In this document: positions 1 through 8,450 of the stretch, one piece after another
Numbering within the stretch: the first letter of the stretch is position 1
How the letters are laid out: each line of letters begins with the position of its first letter
Assembly (NCBI GenBank): GCA_016192525.1
Contig: JACPTZ010000154.1
Coordinates: forward strand, 4,290 to 68,289
Length of the DNA: 64,000 nt
Origin: Planctomycetota bacterium
GTDB taxonomy: Bacteria; Planctomycetota; MHYJ01; JACPTZ01
Reading direction: 5' to 3'
Program-made: the position numbers and the translations under genes
The notes under the pieces: generated by a model
Database searches by the model: none
What the model saw: the letters and a program-made list of their open reading frames with translations, nothing else
Told to the model about the DNA's origin: nothing

Positions 1-141
1 CACGGGGCGCCGGGGGGCGTTCACCCCGCGCTCCTCCCGCGCCGCCTGCTCGGCGGCGAGCGACTGGAGATTGGTGCGCTCGATCTCCCCGGCCGGGACC
101 GGCGGTTTCTCGTCCGCGGGAGGAGGGGACTCGGGGGACAT
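1..141 (-). CDS. 5' end of a CDS that continues past the window start; product unknown
   Basis: ATG at 141-139 opens a minus-strand frame with no stop down to base 1 (MSPESPPPADEKPPVPAGEIERTNLQSLAAEQ...). It is absent from the ORF track because it is truncated. Confidence 0.3.
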   Translation of the reverse strand, partial: MSPESPPPADEKPPVPAGEIERTNLQSLAAEQAAREERGVNAPRRPV

Positions 142-247
142 CACGGATCTCCGGGAAGCCAGAGGGCCGCGCATTGTAGCAATTAGGAAGGGGCAATCCA
201 GAGTTGAATTCTGGTTCATCCGGCTGAAGGAACCTCTTCCGGTGCAT

Positions 248-411
248 CCGGAAAGGAAACCACGAATTTCGCGAGTTCCACGAGTATCGGGGACTATCCT
301 CGGAGCGGCCCGGCTCAGAACAACGGAGAAGGAAACCACTGAAACCGCTGAGGCCACTGAAACGGAAGGAGGAGGGAAACACAACATTCGTGAGATTCGT
401 GGTTCGTTCCG
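248..411. repeat. Structured intergenic element (P-type): imperfect inverted arms built from short tandem units around a purine-rich GAAAC-type core
   Basis: Left arm ccggaaaggaaaccacgaatttcgcgag (248-275) matches the reverse complement of right arm attcgtgagattcgtggttcgttccg (386-411). The core shares the strings ggaaacacaac and acaacggag with the minus strand of the element at 14881-15041. Confidence 0.6.
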
Positions 412-490
412 TCTGGGAGCGAACATGGCGCACGCTCAGGATGGCCACGCGGCAACCTCGTACCGTCTCCTCACATGCGCCCACGATTTG

Positions 491-642
491 GTGTCATCCC
501 GGGGAGCGCAGCGACGAGGGATCTGTTCCGACCTTCAGTGGCGCCTTCCCTTGGCCCTGTTCCCGAAAACTCGCGCCGCCAGAATTCTTGAGTGGAGAAA
601 CCGCTCGGCGGTCAGATTCCTCGCTACGCTCGGAATGACACA
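491..642. repeat. Inverted-repeat intergenic element (gtcatcc...ggatgac-type arms)
   Basis: gtgtcatcccggggagcgcagcgacgagggatctg (491-525) pairs imperfectly with cagattcctcgctacgctcggaatgacac (613-641). The arm motif resembles the elements at 12977-13060 and 38619-38808. Confidence 0.55.
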
Positions 643-726
643 GAGTTGAGACTGGCGCGAAAACGTGGGCGCATATGAGTACCGACTCGTCTTGCATTTC
701 TTCCGCCCGACCGCTACACTCGCCCC

Positions 727-1491
727 ATGCTCGTCCTCCTCACCAACGACGACGGCATCTACGCCCCGGGGATCGACGCGCTCTACCAGGCGGTGCGGCG
801 CGTCGCCGATGTGGCGGTGATCGCGCCCGACGCCGAACGGAGCGCCTCCGGACACGCCATCACCCTCACCCTCCCCCTCCGCGTCCACGAGGCCCGCCGT
901 CACAACGCCTTCTTCGGATTCGCCGTCGACGGCACCCCGGCCGACTGCGTGAAGATCGGGGTCAAGAGCCTCCTGAGCCGCCGCCCCGACTTCGTCCTCT
1001 CCGGCATCAACCGGGGGCAGAATACCGGCACCGATGTGATCTACTCCGGGACCGTCTCGGCCGCCACGGAGGGGACCATCCTCGGCATCCCGTCCGTGGC
1101 GATCTCCCTCGCCACCTTCGAGAAGGCCGACTACGGCCCCGCCGCGCGATTCGCCGCCCGGCTCCTGCGCCTCCTCCGGCGCCGCCGGCTCCCCCGCAAC
1201 GTGCTGCTGAATGTGAATGTGCCTCCCCTCACGGATCGGCAGATCCGCGGCGTGGCCGTCACCCGACAGGGGACCGGCCGTTTCGAGGAGACGTTCACGA
1301 AACGCGTCGATCCCCGCGCCCAGGTCTACTACTGGCTGGGCGGCGACCGCCGCGACGATCTCTCCACGCCCGACACCGACGACGCGGCGCTCGAGGCGAA
1401 GATGATCTCCGTCACCCCGATCCACTACGATCTCACCAGCCATGAGGGCCTGAGTGTGCTCCGGAGCTGGAATCTCAAGCATCGGAGATAG
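727..1491 (+). CDS. surE: 5'/3'-nucleotidase SurE
   Basis: N-terminus MLVLLTNDDGIYAPGI matches the SurE signature (xLLSNDDGxxAPGI). The 254-aa length is typical. Confidence 0.9.
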   Translation: MLVLLTNDDGIYAPGIDALYQAVRRVADVAVIAPDAERSASGHAITLTLPLRVHEARRHNAFFGFAVDGTPADCVKIGVKSLLSRRPDFVLSGINRGQNTGTDVIYSGTVSAATEGTILGIPSVAISLATFEKADYGPAARFAARLLRLLRRRRLPRNVLLNVNVPPLTDRQIRGVAVTRQGTGRFEETFTKRVDPRAQVYYWLGGDRRDDLSTPDTDDAALEAKMISVTPIHYDLTSHEGLSVLRSWNLKHRR

Positions 1492-1527
1492 GGAACCGTC
1501 CCGCGTCCTCATCGGGACAGAGCACCC

Positions 1528-2109
1528 ATGCCGGACCGACTACGACACCATCTCTCCTCCCGGCGCCGCGAGACGCTTCCCGGCGGCCGAACCACGCCGG
1601 CGGCCGTCCTGGTCCCCGTCGTCGATTCCACGAAAGGCCCCGCCCTGCTCTTCACGCTCCGGAGCCGGCGCGTGGAGACGCACAAGGGACAGATCTCCTT
1701 TCCGGGCGGCGTCTGCGAACCGGACGATGCCGGCCCGGAGGCGACGGCACTGCGTGAGAGCCGGGAGGAGATCGGCCTGGATCCCGCCGGGGTCGACGTG
1801 CTCGGAATCCTCGACGATACGTTCACCCTCCGGGACGCCTTCCGGGTGACGCCGGTGGTGGGCCAGGTGATCCGCCCCTGGGGGGAGATCTCGGCCGGAA
1901 TCGTCGGAAATCACGAAGAAGTGGAGGAGGTCTTCCTCGTCCCGGTTTCCGCCTTCCGGGCGACGACGCCGCGGATCGAGCGGTACGACGAGGGAGGACG
2001 GGTCACGGAGGTGCCGTACTACGACGTGAGGGGGCGCCGCATCTGGGGCGCGACCGGCCGGATCGTCCGCTGCTTCCTGGCCTGCGCCGCGGAGGCGGGT
2101 TGGCCTTAG
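1528..2109 (+). CDS. NUDIX hydrolase, CoA pyrophosphatase type
   Basis: Nudix box GGVCEPDDAGPEATALRESREEIGL, preceded by LLFTLRSRRVETHKGQISFPGG, which matches the CoA-pyrophosphatase motif LLTxRx(n)GxxxFPGG. Confidence 0.8.
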   Translation: MPDRLRHHLSSRRRETLPGGRTTPAAVLVPVVDSTKGPALLFTLRSRRVETHKGQISFPGGVCEPDDAGPEATALRESREEIGLDPAGVDVLGILDDTFTLRDAFRVTPVVGQVIRPWGEISAGIVGNHEEVEEVFLVPVSAFRATTPRIERYDEGGRVTEVPYYDVRGRRIWGATGRIVRCFLACAAEAGWP

Positions 2110-2139
2110 AGCCTGTCTCGGTGGGGCGAGTCCGAGTAG

Positions 2140-2160
2140 GGGCGGCCCTCGCGGCCGCCC
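2140..2160. terminator. GC-rich hairpin between convergent genes (candidate bidirectional terminator)
   Basis: gggcggcc (2140-2147) / ggccgccc (2153-2160) form an 8-bp stem with a 5-nt loop. It lies between the NUDIX stop (2109) and the ribF stop (2213). There is no clear U-tract. Confidence 0.35.
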
Positions 2161-2212
2161 GCCTGTGGACCGGTTGAACCGCGTGACGGGCGGGCGGGGG
2201 CAAGCCCCGCCC

Positions 2213-3229
2213 CTACACTTTGCCTGCAACCGGGACAGGCTCCTGCAGCCGGCCCAGGGAGGAACCCAGGCCCGTATACATCCTCACGAATCGCGCCCGG
2301 TCCCGTTCGATCTGCCGCTTGAGCGCCTCGGGGCCGGGGAAGCGCCTCTCGCCGCGAAGACGCATCAGAAACTCCACTTCGAGATCGGTCCCGTAGAGAG
2401 TGCCCGGAACCCCGACGTCGCTCCGGTCCGGGGGGGGGAGCAGGTGCACCTCGATGGAGAGTCTTGAATCGGAGCCGCGGCGCGGGGAGAAGGTCGGCCG
2501 AATCCCGATGTTGGTGAGGGCGGGGAAGACGATTTCGGACAGGCGCACGCGGCAGCCGTAGACGCCGGGGGGGAGATGCGGCTCGTGGTGGAGGTCGAGA
2601 TTCGCCGTCGGGAAGCCGAGGGTGCGACCTCGCTGCGCTCCGCGGACCACGGTTCCGTACGCCGAGACCGGCCGTCCCAGCAGCGCGGCCGCGCCCTCCA
2701 TGTCTCCCAACTGGATCGCCGCACGAATCCGGGTGCTGGAGATGGGGGCGCCGTCGTCGCGGATCGGCGCGACCGACCGCACGTCGATCCCGATCCCTTC
2801 GCCGATCTTCCGCAGGGTCCGCAGATCACCGCTCCGGCCGCGTCCGAACTGGGCGCCCTCCCCGAGCACGATCCCGCCCGCCCGAAGCCGACGCCGGATC
2901 ACGCGGTTCACGAAGTCCCGCGGGGTCTGTCGGGAGAAGGACCGGGTGAAGCGGAGGACGACGCACGCATCCAGCCCGAGCCGTTCGAGAAGCCGCAGCC
3001 GGTGCGGGAGCGACGTGATGAACGGAGGCTCGGTCCCGGTAAGGGCGAGGGCCGGGTGACGCGAAAAGGTGAGGGCGACGGCCGGGGCCCCGCGCTGCCA
3101 GGCCCAGCCGATGACTTCCGCGAGAATCGCCTGGTGGCCGCGGTGGACTCCGTCGAACATTCCCCACGTCACAATGGGGGTCCGGAACTCGCGCGAAAGC
3201 CGACGGGGGAGACCGCGAAAGACGCGCAT
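2213..3229 (-). CDS. ribF: Bifunctional riboflavin kinase / FMN adenylyltransferase
   Basis: WGMFDGVHRGHQ nucleotidyltransferase motif near the N-terminus, and a C-terminal riboflavin-kinase-like half (GFPTANL...). Length 338 aa. Confidence 0.9.
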   Translation of the reverse strand: MRVFRGLPRRLSREFRTPIVTWGMFDGVHRGHQAILAEVIGWAWQRGAPAVALTFSRHPALALTGTEPPFITSLPHRLRLLERLGLDACVVLRFTRSFSRQTPRDFVNRVIRRRLRAGGIVLGEGAQFGRGRSGDLRTLRKIGEGIGIDVRSVAPIRDDGAPISSTRIRAAIQLGDMEGAAALLGRPVSAYGTVVRGAQRGRTLGFPTANLDLHHEPHLPPGVYGCRVRLSEIVFPALTNIGIRPTFSPRRGSDSRLSIEVHLLPPPDRSDVGVPGTLYGTDLEVEFLMRLRGERRFPGPEALKRQIERDRARFVRMYTGLGSSLGRLQEPVPVAGKV

Positions 3230-3259
3230 GGAGGGCGAACATCCGGGGGGGGAAAGGCT

Positions 3260-3796
3260 TCAGCGGGAACGAACGCGCGGGGCCGGGGCCGACTTCTCGG
3301 CGAAGGCGCGTTCGAGGGCCTTGAGCCTGGCCGCATTCTGGGCGCGCTCGGCCGGGCTCATGAGCGTCGTGAACAGAATGCCGTCGAGGTGGTCGAGTTC
3401 ATGCTGGATGGCGCGGGAAAGAAGGGCCTCGGCGGTCATCTCGAAGGGTTTCCCGGTCACGTCCTGGGCCCGCACCGTGACCTTCATGGCCCGCTTGATG
3501 GTCGCCAGGATGTCCGGGAAGCTGAGACATCCCTCCTCCCCGACCTGCTCGCCTTCGCGGGTCAGGATCTCCGGATTCACGAAGACGATTTCACCGTCCG
3601 GTTCCCCCTTGCAGTTGATGACCATGATCCGCTGCATGATCCCCACCTGGGGACCGGCCAGACCCACCCCCTTCTGGGCGTACATCTCGGCGAACATCTC
3701 GCGGGCCGTCTCGGCCAGGGCGGCGTCGAACTCACGCACCGGCTTCACGCGCCGGCTGAGGCGGGGATCGGGATAGAGGACGAGTTCCATGGGCAT
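3260..3796 (-). CDS. def: Peptide deformylase
   Basis: All three Def motifs are present: GLAGPQVG, EGCLSFP and HELDHLDG. Confidence 0.92.
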   Translation of the reverse strand: MPMELVLYPDPRLSRRVKPVREFDAALAETAREMFAEMYAQKGVGLAGPQVGIMQRIMVINCKGEPDGEIVFVNPEILTREGEQVGEEGCLSFPDILATIKRAMKVTVRAQDVTGKPFEMTAEALLSRAIQHELDHLDGILFTTLMSPAERAQNAARLKALERAFAEKSAPAPRVRSR

Positions 3797-3876
3797 GGCT
3801 CCTCGCGGGGAAGGCGCGATGAAGTCATGCTAGCACGGGAGCGGGGGCGCGGCAAGGGGATTGAGGGGCGGGGGGA

Positions 3877-5298
3877 TCACTTGCTGCTGCGGAGGTTCTT
3901 TTCGTTGAGCCGGACCGCATTCTCCGCGTTTATCCCGGTCTGGGCCGTCGTGGTCAGCGGAGTCAGAAGTTTGGTCACCAGATCGACCACGTCCGAGGTG
4001 AGGCTCTCCGGAACGTAGATCACATCGCCGGTCTGCAGGACAGGGTCCTGCGTCATGTCCCCGCCGGCCAGGAGCGAATCGGCGCTGACGGTCCGCACCT
4101 CCGGGGCGTCGGGATAACCCCGCACCAGCTTGGTGCTGGAGAGAACGGCCCCAAACCTCTCGGGTTCCGCCAGGGCCAGGGCCTGGCTGTAGGTGAGCGG
4201 CGCCTTCGCCGTGATCAGACCGGCGTTCCGCACCATTCCGAACACGTAGACCGCCGTGTCCTGGGCCTCCGGGATGTAGACGAGGTCCCCCGCACGGAAC
4301 TTCAGGCCGAGCGGTTCGGAGCCGAAGAGGGCGCTGTTCAGATTGAGGGTCTCCTCCACGCCGTCCTTGTGCACGACCAGCACCCGGGTGAGGTCGGCGC
4401 CCGACTGGACTCCGTCGACCGCCATGAGCATCTCGCGGGCCGTCAGGTATCCGCGCTCGGGGATGGCCAGATCTCCGGCGCGTCCCACCGACCCGGAGAT
4501 TCTGAGGGGGGAGATTCCGTCGGCCAGGATGAGCACGTCATCCGCCTTCAGCCGCAGATTCAGATTGACGTCCCGGAGCGAAACCAGGTCTTTGAGGTCC
4601 AGAGTCACCTGGCGCCCCATCCGAAACAGCGTAACCCGCGGGGAGGTGGATTTCCCCGGCGTCCATCCCGCCTGGGCGAGGGTCTCGAGCAGGGTCCCCT
4701 GTCCCTGCAGCTGGATCCGTGAAGATCGTTCCCCCCCCCCGACGACGGTGACGAAACGCTGGGCCACCGACTTGATGGAGACGCTGAACCGGGGATTGCG
4801 CACCCCGATGCGTTCATAGCCGGCGCGGAGCGCCGCTTCGATCTCCTCCCGCGTCCGTCCGTCCGCCGGAACGGCCTCGAGCCCCGGCGGGGCGATGGTC
4901 CCGTCGGGCATGACGGACACACTCCCGGTCAGTTGCTGATACCCGAAAACGCTGATGTCCATCTGGTCCCCGATCCCGAGCCTGAATTCCGTGTTCCATT
5001 GCTTGAGCAGCGCACCGGCGGGGAGCCCGAGGGCGTTCTCGATCCGGGCCCGCTCGAGGGCGAGCCGGTGGGTCTCGACTTCCGGGCTTCGCCCCTCGGG
5101 GAAATCGGACGCTGGCCCGACGCGGGGGACCGGAACGCGAGCCGCGTCGGGGGCGGGAGGCGGCGCGGCCGTCGGCGGCGCCGGGGGGGTGGAACCCGGG
5201 CGCCGCGGCCTACGGGCGCGCCCCTCGCACCCGATCAGAAGCACCGCGAGCGCGATGAAGAAGGCCGTGTTCAGTCGTGCACGTCCGAAAGGTTTCAA
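3877..5298 (-). CDS. Polysaccharide export protein (Wza-like; Poly_export plus SLBB repeats), lipoprotein-like N-terminus
   Basis: N-terminus ...FFIALAVLLIGCEG. Export-domain pattern FRLGIGDQMDISVFGYQQLTGSVSVMPDGTIAPPGLEAVPADGRTREEIE. Repeated GD-V-I-P SLBB-like segments (GDLVYIPE, GDVIYVPE). Confidence 0.75.
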   Translation of the reverse strand: MKPFGRARLNTAFFIALAVLLIGCEGRARRPRRPGSTPPAPPTAAPPPAPDAARVPVPRVGPASDFPEGRSPEVETHRLALERARIENALGLPAGALLKQWNTEFRLGIGDQMDISVFGYQQLTGSVSVMPDGTIAPPGLEAVPADGRTREEIEAALRAGYERIGVRNPRFSVSIKSVAQRFVTVVGGGERSSRIQLQGQGTLLETLAQAGWTPGKSTSPRVTLFRMGRQVTLDLKDLVSLRDVNLNLRLKADDVLILADGISPLRISGSVGRAGDLAIPERGYLTAREMLMAVDGVQSGADLTRVLVVHKDGVEETLNLNSALFGSEPLGLKFRAGDLVYIPEAQDTAVYVFGMVRNAGLITAKAPLTYSQALALAEPERFGAVLSSTKLVRGYPDAPEVRTVSADSLLAGGDMTQDPVLQTGDVIYVPESLTSDVVDLVTKLLTPLTTTAQTGINAENAVRLNEKNLRSSK

Positions 5299-5425
5299 GA
5301 CCTGTCCATCCGTCGATCGGGACGTCGCTGGAGAGCGACCGGGACGATTTCGTCTATTCCTGATTATCGGACGAAACCCGGACGCCCTGTTGCGAATCGG
5401 GAGGATTCGGGCCCGTCGCCGCGGA

Positions 5426-7408
5426 TCACGTCCGGACCACCTTGCGGTGATACTCGTATCCGTAGGCGGGACGCGAAGCGAAGGGGAATCGCACGTTCAG
5501 GGCGATGCCGAGGACGTGCTGCTGGATGGGGCGCTGGCCGGCCCCCGGCGCCGAATTCTCGAGCAGCTCGATCGCCCGGCGCAGCAGTTCCTTGCGCGTC
5601 TGATTGGCGGCGTAGACGAGCAAGACCCCGTCGGTATGCGGCGAGATCAGCAGGGCGTCGGTCACGGCCAGCACCGGTGGTGAATCGATGATGACCACGT
5701 CGTACTCCTTGTGCGCCTCCTCCAGCAGTTGCTGGAAGGAGCGCTTGGCGAGGAGCACGGCGGCGTTCACGGCGGGGTTCCCCGAGGTGATGACGGTCAG
5801 GTTCGGAACATGGGTTTCCTTGCGGAGCTGCCTCCAGTCCCCGCCGCTTTTCAGATAGTCGGTGAGCCCGGGCGACACGGCGACGTTGAATCTCAGCGAA
5901 TCGGTGGGACGCCGGAGATTGCACCCGAGCAGGAGGGTCCGCCGACCCTCCTCCGCAAAGGCGCAGGCGAGGTTGGAGGAGACGGTGCTCTTGCCCTCCT
6001 CCGGGTCCGAGGAGGTGACGAGGAACATGGGGTTCGGGATGTCGGGGATGGTGTAGGCGATGTTCGTCTTCAGCAGCCGGAAGGGTTCGGCCTGGGGCAG
6101 GGTCTCTTCCTTGCGGTAGGCCAGGGCCGCGGCCGCCGCGCCCACCTTGCCGTCCCCCGGCGGAATGAACCAGAGGACCCCGAGCACGTTGCGTCCGGCG
6201 TAGTGCTGCACCGCCTCCGCGGAATCGAGCGTGCTGTCCGAGGCGTAGGCCATGTAGAGGACCAGCGCGCCGGAGAGGACGGACGCGGCGAAAATCAGGG
6301 GGAGCCACTGGCCGGGACGGGGGGACACCGGGTCGGTGGGACGAAACGGGCGTTCCACCACGGAATACGGCGCCGCCGACGCCTTGATGCTGGTTTCGAG
6401 CCGGGAGAGCTCCTGGGCCAGTTGCCACTCGGCGTCCTTGGCGATCTGCAGTTCCCGATCGAGCCGGGACGGGTCGGTGTTCCTGTACTTCCGCAGATGC
6501 GTCAGGAACTGCTGATCGAACTGTTCCAGAAGCGCGCTGCGCTCGGCCCGAAGTTCGGCGTCCTTGATGACGACCGTCTTCCAGGCGGCCGTCGGCAATT
6601 CGGCCGTCTCCGGGACCGGCCACGCCTTGAGCACGGCGTCGCCGAGGTCAATGCGCTGCTGCAGGTCCCGCACCTCCCACCATGATTCGGTGTAGCGGAT
6701 GAGGAGTTCGCTCCGCGCGCGCCGCCACGTCTGCAGGTCGCTCTCCAGCGACTCCCGATTCTTCGCGATCTCCTGCTCCTTCTTGATGAACTCTTCTTCC
6801 CGGGTCTTCAGGTCCTTGAGATTCGAAACCGCGGCGTCCTTGGGGGAGACCTCGTCCTTGGACTTTTTCTGGGCCTCCCCCAGGCTTTTCGCCGCGTCCT
6901 GCAGGGTGGAGATTCGCTGATTCCCCTCGCTGGCGCGGAACGCGGACAGATAACTTTCGGCCAGGCGCTGGGTGGCCTCGGGATTCACGCCGCGAATCCT
7001 GGCCTGGATCGTCCCCGCCGCCCCGGGTCCGGTCCCCGGCAGGGAGGTGATGATGAGATCGCGGCCCATCTGGTCGACGAAGGACATGGCCACCGCATCC
7101 TCCATCCCGGTCTGTTTGACCACCCCGACGCCGATGAGCGCGTTCTTCAGCACGTCTCGCGACTGCAGGACCTGAAGGACCTGGCTCATGTTGTCGCCGG
7201 TCGCCACTTCCGTGAGCTTGACATACTGCTTGAGAATCGCGACCTCGGGTGGAACGACGGGGGGCGGGACCCGGAGGATGAACCCGCTCTCGTAGACCCT
7301 CGGGAGCAGGAGGTACATCGCGAAGCCGAAGAAGAGGGTGCCGCCGACGGAAGCGACGAGCGCACGCCACTGGCGGCGCACGATGGCAAGCACGAGACGA
7401 TAGGTCAT
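5426..7408 (-). CDS. Polysaccharide co-polymerase / BY-kinase (Wzc/GumC-like) with C-terminal tyrosine-kinase ATPase domain
   Basis: N-terminal TM plus long coiled periplasmic region plus second TM. Walker A SSDPEEGKSTVSSNLA, Walker A' VVIIDSPPVLAVTDA and a C-terminal Tyr cluster YGYEY. Confidence 0.8.
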   Translation of the reverse strand: MTYRLVLAIVRRQWRALVASVGGTLFFGFAMYLLLPRVYESGFILRVPPPVVPPEVAILKQYVKLTEVATGDNMSQVLQVLQSRDVLKNALIGVGVVKQTGMEDAVAMSFVDQMGRDLIITSLPGTGPGAAGTIQARIRGVNPEATQRLAESYLSAFRASEGNQRISTLQDAAKSLGEAQKKSKDEVSPKDAAVSNLKDLKTREEEFIKKEQEIAKNRESLESDLQTWRRARSELLIRYTESWWEVRDLQQRIDLGDAVLKAWPVPETAELPTAAWKTVVIKDAELRAERSALLEQFDQQFLTHLRKYRNTDPSRLDRELQIAKDAEWQLAQELSRLETSIKASAAPYSVVERPFRPTDPVSPRPGQWLPLIFAASVLSGALVLYMAYASDSTLDSAEAVQHYAGRNVLGVLWFIPPGDGKVGAAAAALAYRKEETLPQAEPFRLLKTNIAYTIPDIPNPMFLVTSSDPEEGKSTVSSNLACAFAEEGRRTLLLGCNLRRPTDSLRFNVAVSPGLTDYLKSGGDWRQLRKETHVPNLTVITSGNPAVNAAVLLAKRSFQQLLEEAHKEYDVVIIDSPPVLAVTDALLISPHTDGVLLVYAANQTRKELLRRAIELLENSAPGAGQRPIQQHVLGIALNVRFPFASRPAYGYEYHRKVVRT

Positions 7409-7454
7409 CCGATCCTTCCCCTGGTGAGACGCCGGCGCCCGAGCCCGGCCGCGC

Positions 7455-8450
7455 TCACTTCTTCCTCATGACCTTCCACTGGTTGTCCTCGCGCTCGATG
7501 CGCACCACATACGAGTCGATCACGCCTCCCCCCTGCGACCCGCCCTGCGAGCCCCCGGACATATATCGGAAAGTCAGGTCGGCAGAGGTAACGGAAGCTC
7601 GAAGGGCCGCCAAGCCCAGCCCCGCCCGGTCCTGATCGATCGGATCGAGGAGCAGCCGGGAAAGCGCGCCCACCCTCCCCTGATCCACTCCCCTGATGTA
7701 CCGGTTGATCGCTTCCATCACCATTCGCCGCATCGCCGGCCGGTCGAGTCCGGCGACGGCCCCCTCGGAGGGAGTGGCAATCTTGAACCGGACGGTGACC
7801 ATCGAGGCGTCATCCCCGCCCGAAAGCGGGGACTGATCGAACAACAGAGTGAGGGCCGCTCCCTGCTTCTCGGCCCCCTCCCCTTCCCCCTCGGCGGACG
7901 TCCCCACAGACTTGCTCTCCTTCCTGGCCTCCCCCCCCTTCCCGGCCGCCACCGCCGTCACCTCCACCTCCTTCCCCTCCTTCGTCTGCTTCACGGTCGT
8001 CGACGACACGGCGCCCTTGGAGACGGCGGCCTGAAATTCCTTCCCCTTGCCCTCTTTCGACATGAGCGAAAGTTCCGAATCTCCCGACACGCTGATCGTG
8101 CTCTGAACGGAGTCCTTGCCCTCTTCGCCGGCGCTGCCTTCCGTCGCCAGCACCACCTCGCCCCCCTCGAGAGTACGGACCTTGGCCCCCTCAAGAATGA
8201 CGGTGTCGGCGGATACGGTGATCCACTCGTTGCTCCCCGGAGGCTGATACTGCACGGTGCCGCTGACCGAGAGGACATACGCGGGCAGCTTGCCCTTCGA
8301 TTTCTCGATCCCCGGATAGCGGGAGAGATGAATCTTGTTCGCGTAACTCTGCACGTACTCCCCGCGATAGACGAACGCGGCGAGGCCGAAGGTGATTCCG
8401 CCCAGGAGGAAGAACCAGAGAAGGTGAACGGTCCGGAGCTGGAACTTCAT
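7455..8450 (-). CDS. Membrane-anchored protein with FecR-like beta domain and NTF2/SnoaL-like C-terminus (function unknown)
   Basis: N-terminal TM LLWFFLLGGITFGLAAF. FecR-like segment SVSGTVQYQPPGSNEWITVSADTVILEGAKVRTLEGGEVVLA. The ATG (8450-8448) directly abuts the kinase stop (8453-8451). Confidence 0.5.
   Translation of the reverse strand: MKFQLRTVHLLWFFLLGGITFGLAAFVYRGEYVQSYANKIHLSRYPGIEKSKGKLPAYVLSVSGTVQYQPPGSNEWITVSADTVILEGAKVRTLEGGEVVLATEGSAGEEGKDSVQSTISVSGDSELSLMSKEGKGKEFQAAVSKGAVSSTTVKQTKEGKEVEVTAVAAGKGGEARKESKSVGTSAEGEGEGAEKQGAALTLLFDQSPLSGGDDASMVTVRFKIATPSEGAVAGLDRPAMRRMVMEAINRYIRGVDQGRVGALSRLLLDPIDQDRAGLGLAALRASVTSADLTFRYMSGGSQGGSQGGGVIDSYVVRIEREDNQWKVMRKK

Noticed and set aside
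535-1512. Long antisense or out-of-frame ORFs occur throughout the window, e.g. 535..1512(-), 2576..4018(+), 5364..6623(-), 34304..36727(+), 38889..41780(+), 52352..54703(+), 55813..57279(-) and 56822..58006(-).
   Set aside because: These are typical high-GC shadow ORFs. Their translations are dominated by R/G/P/A/H/D with no motifs. Each is fully overlapped by a motif-supported gene in another frame or on the other strand.
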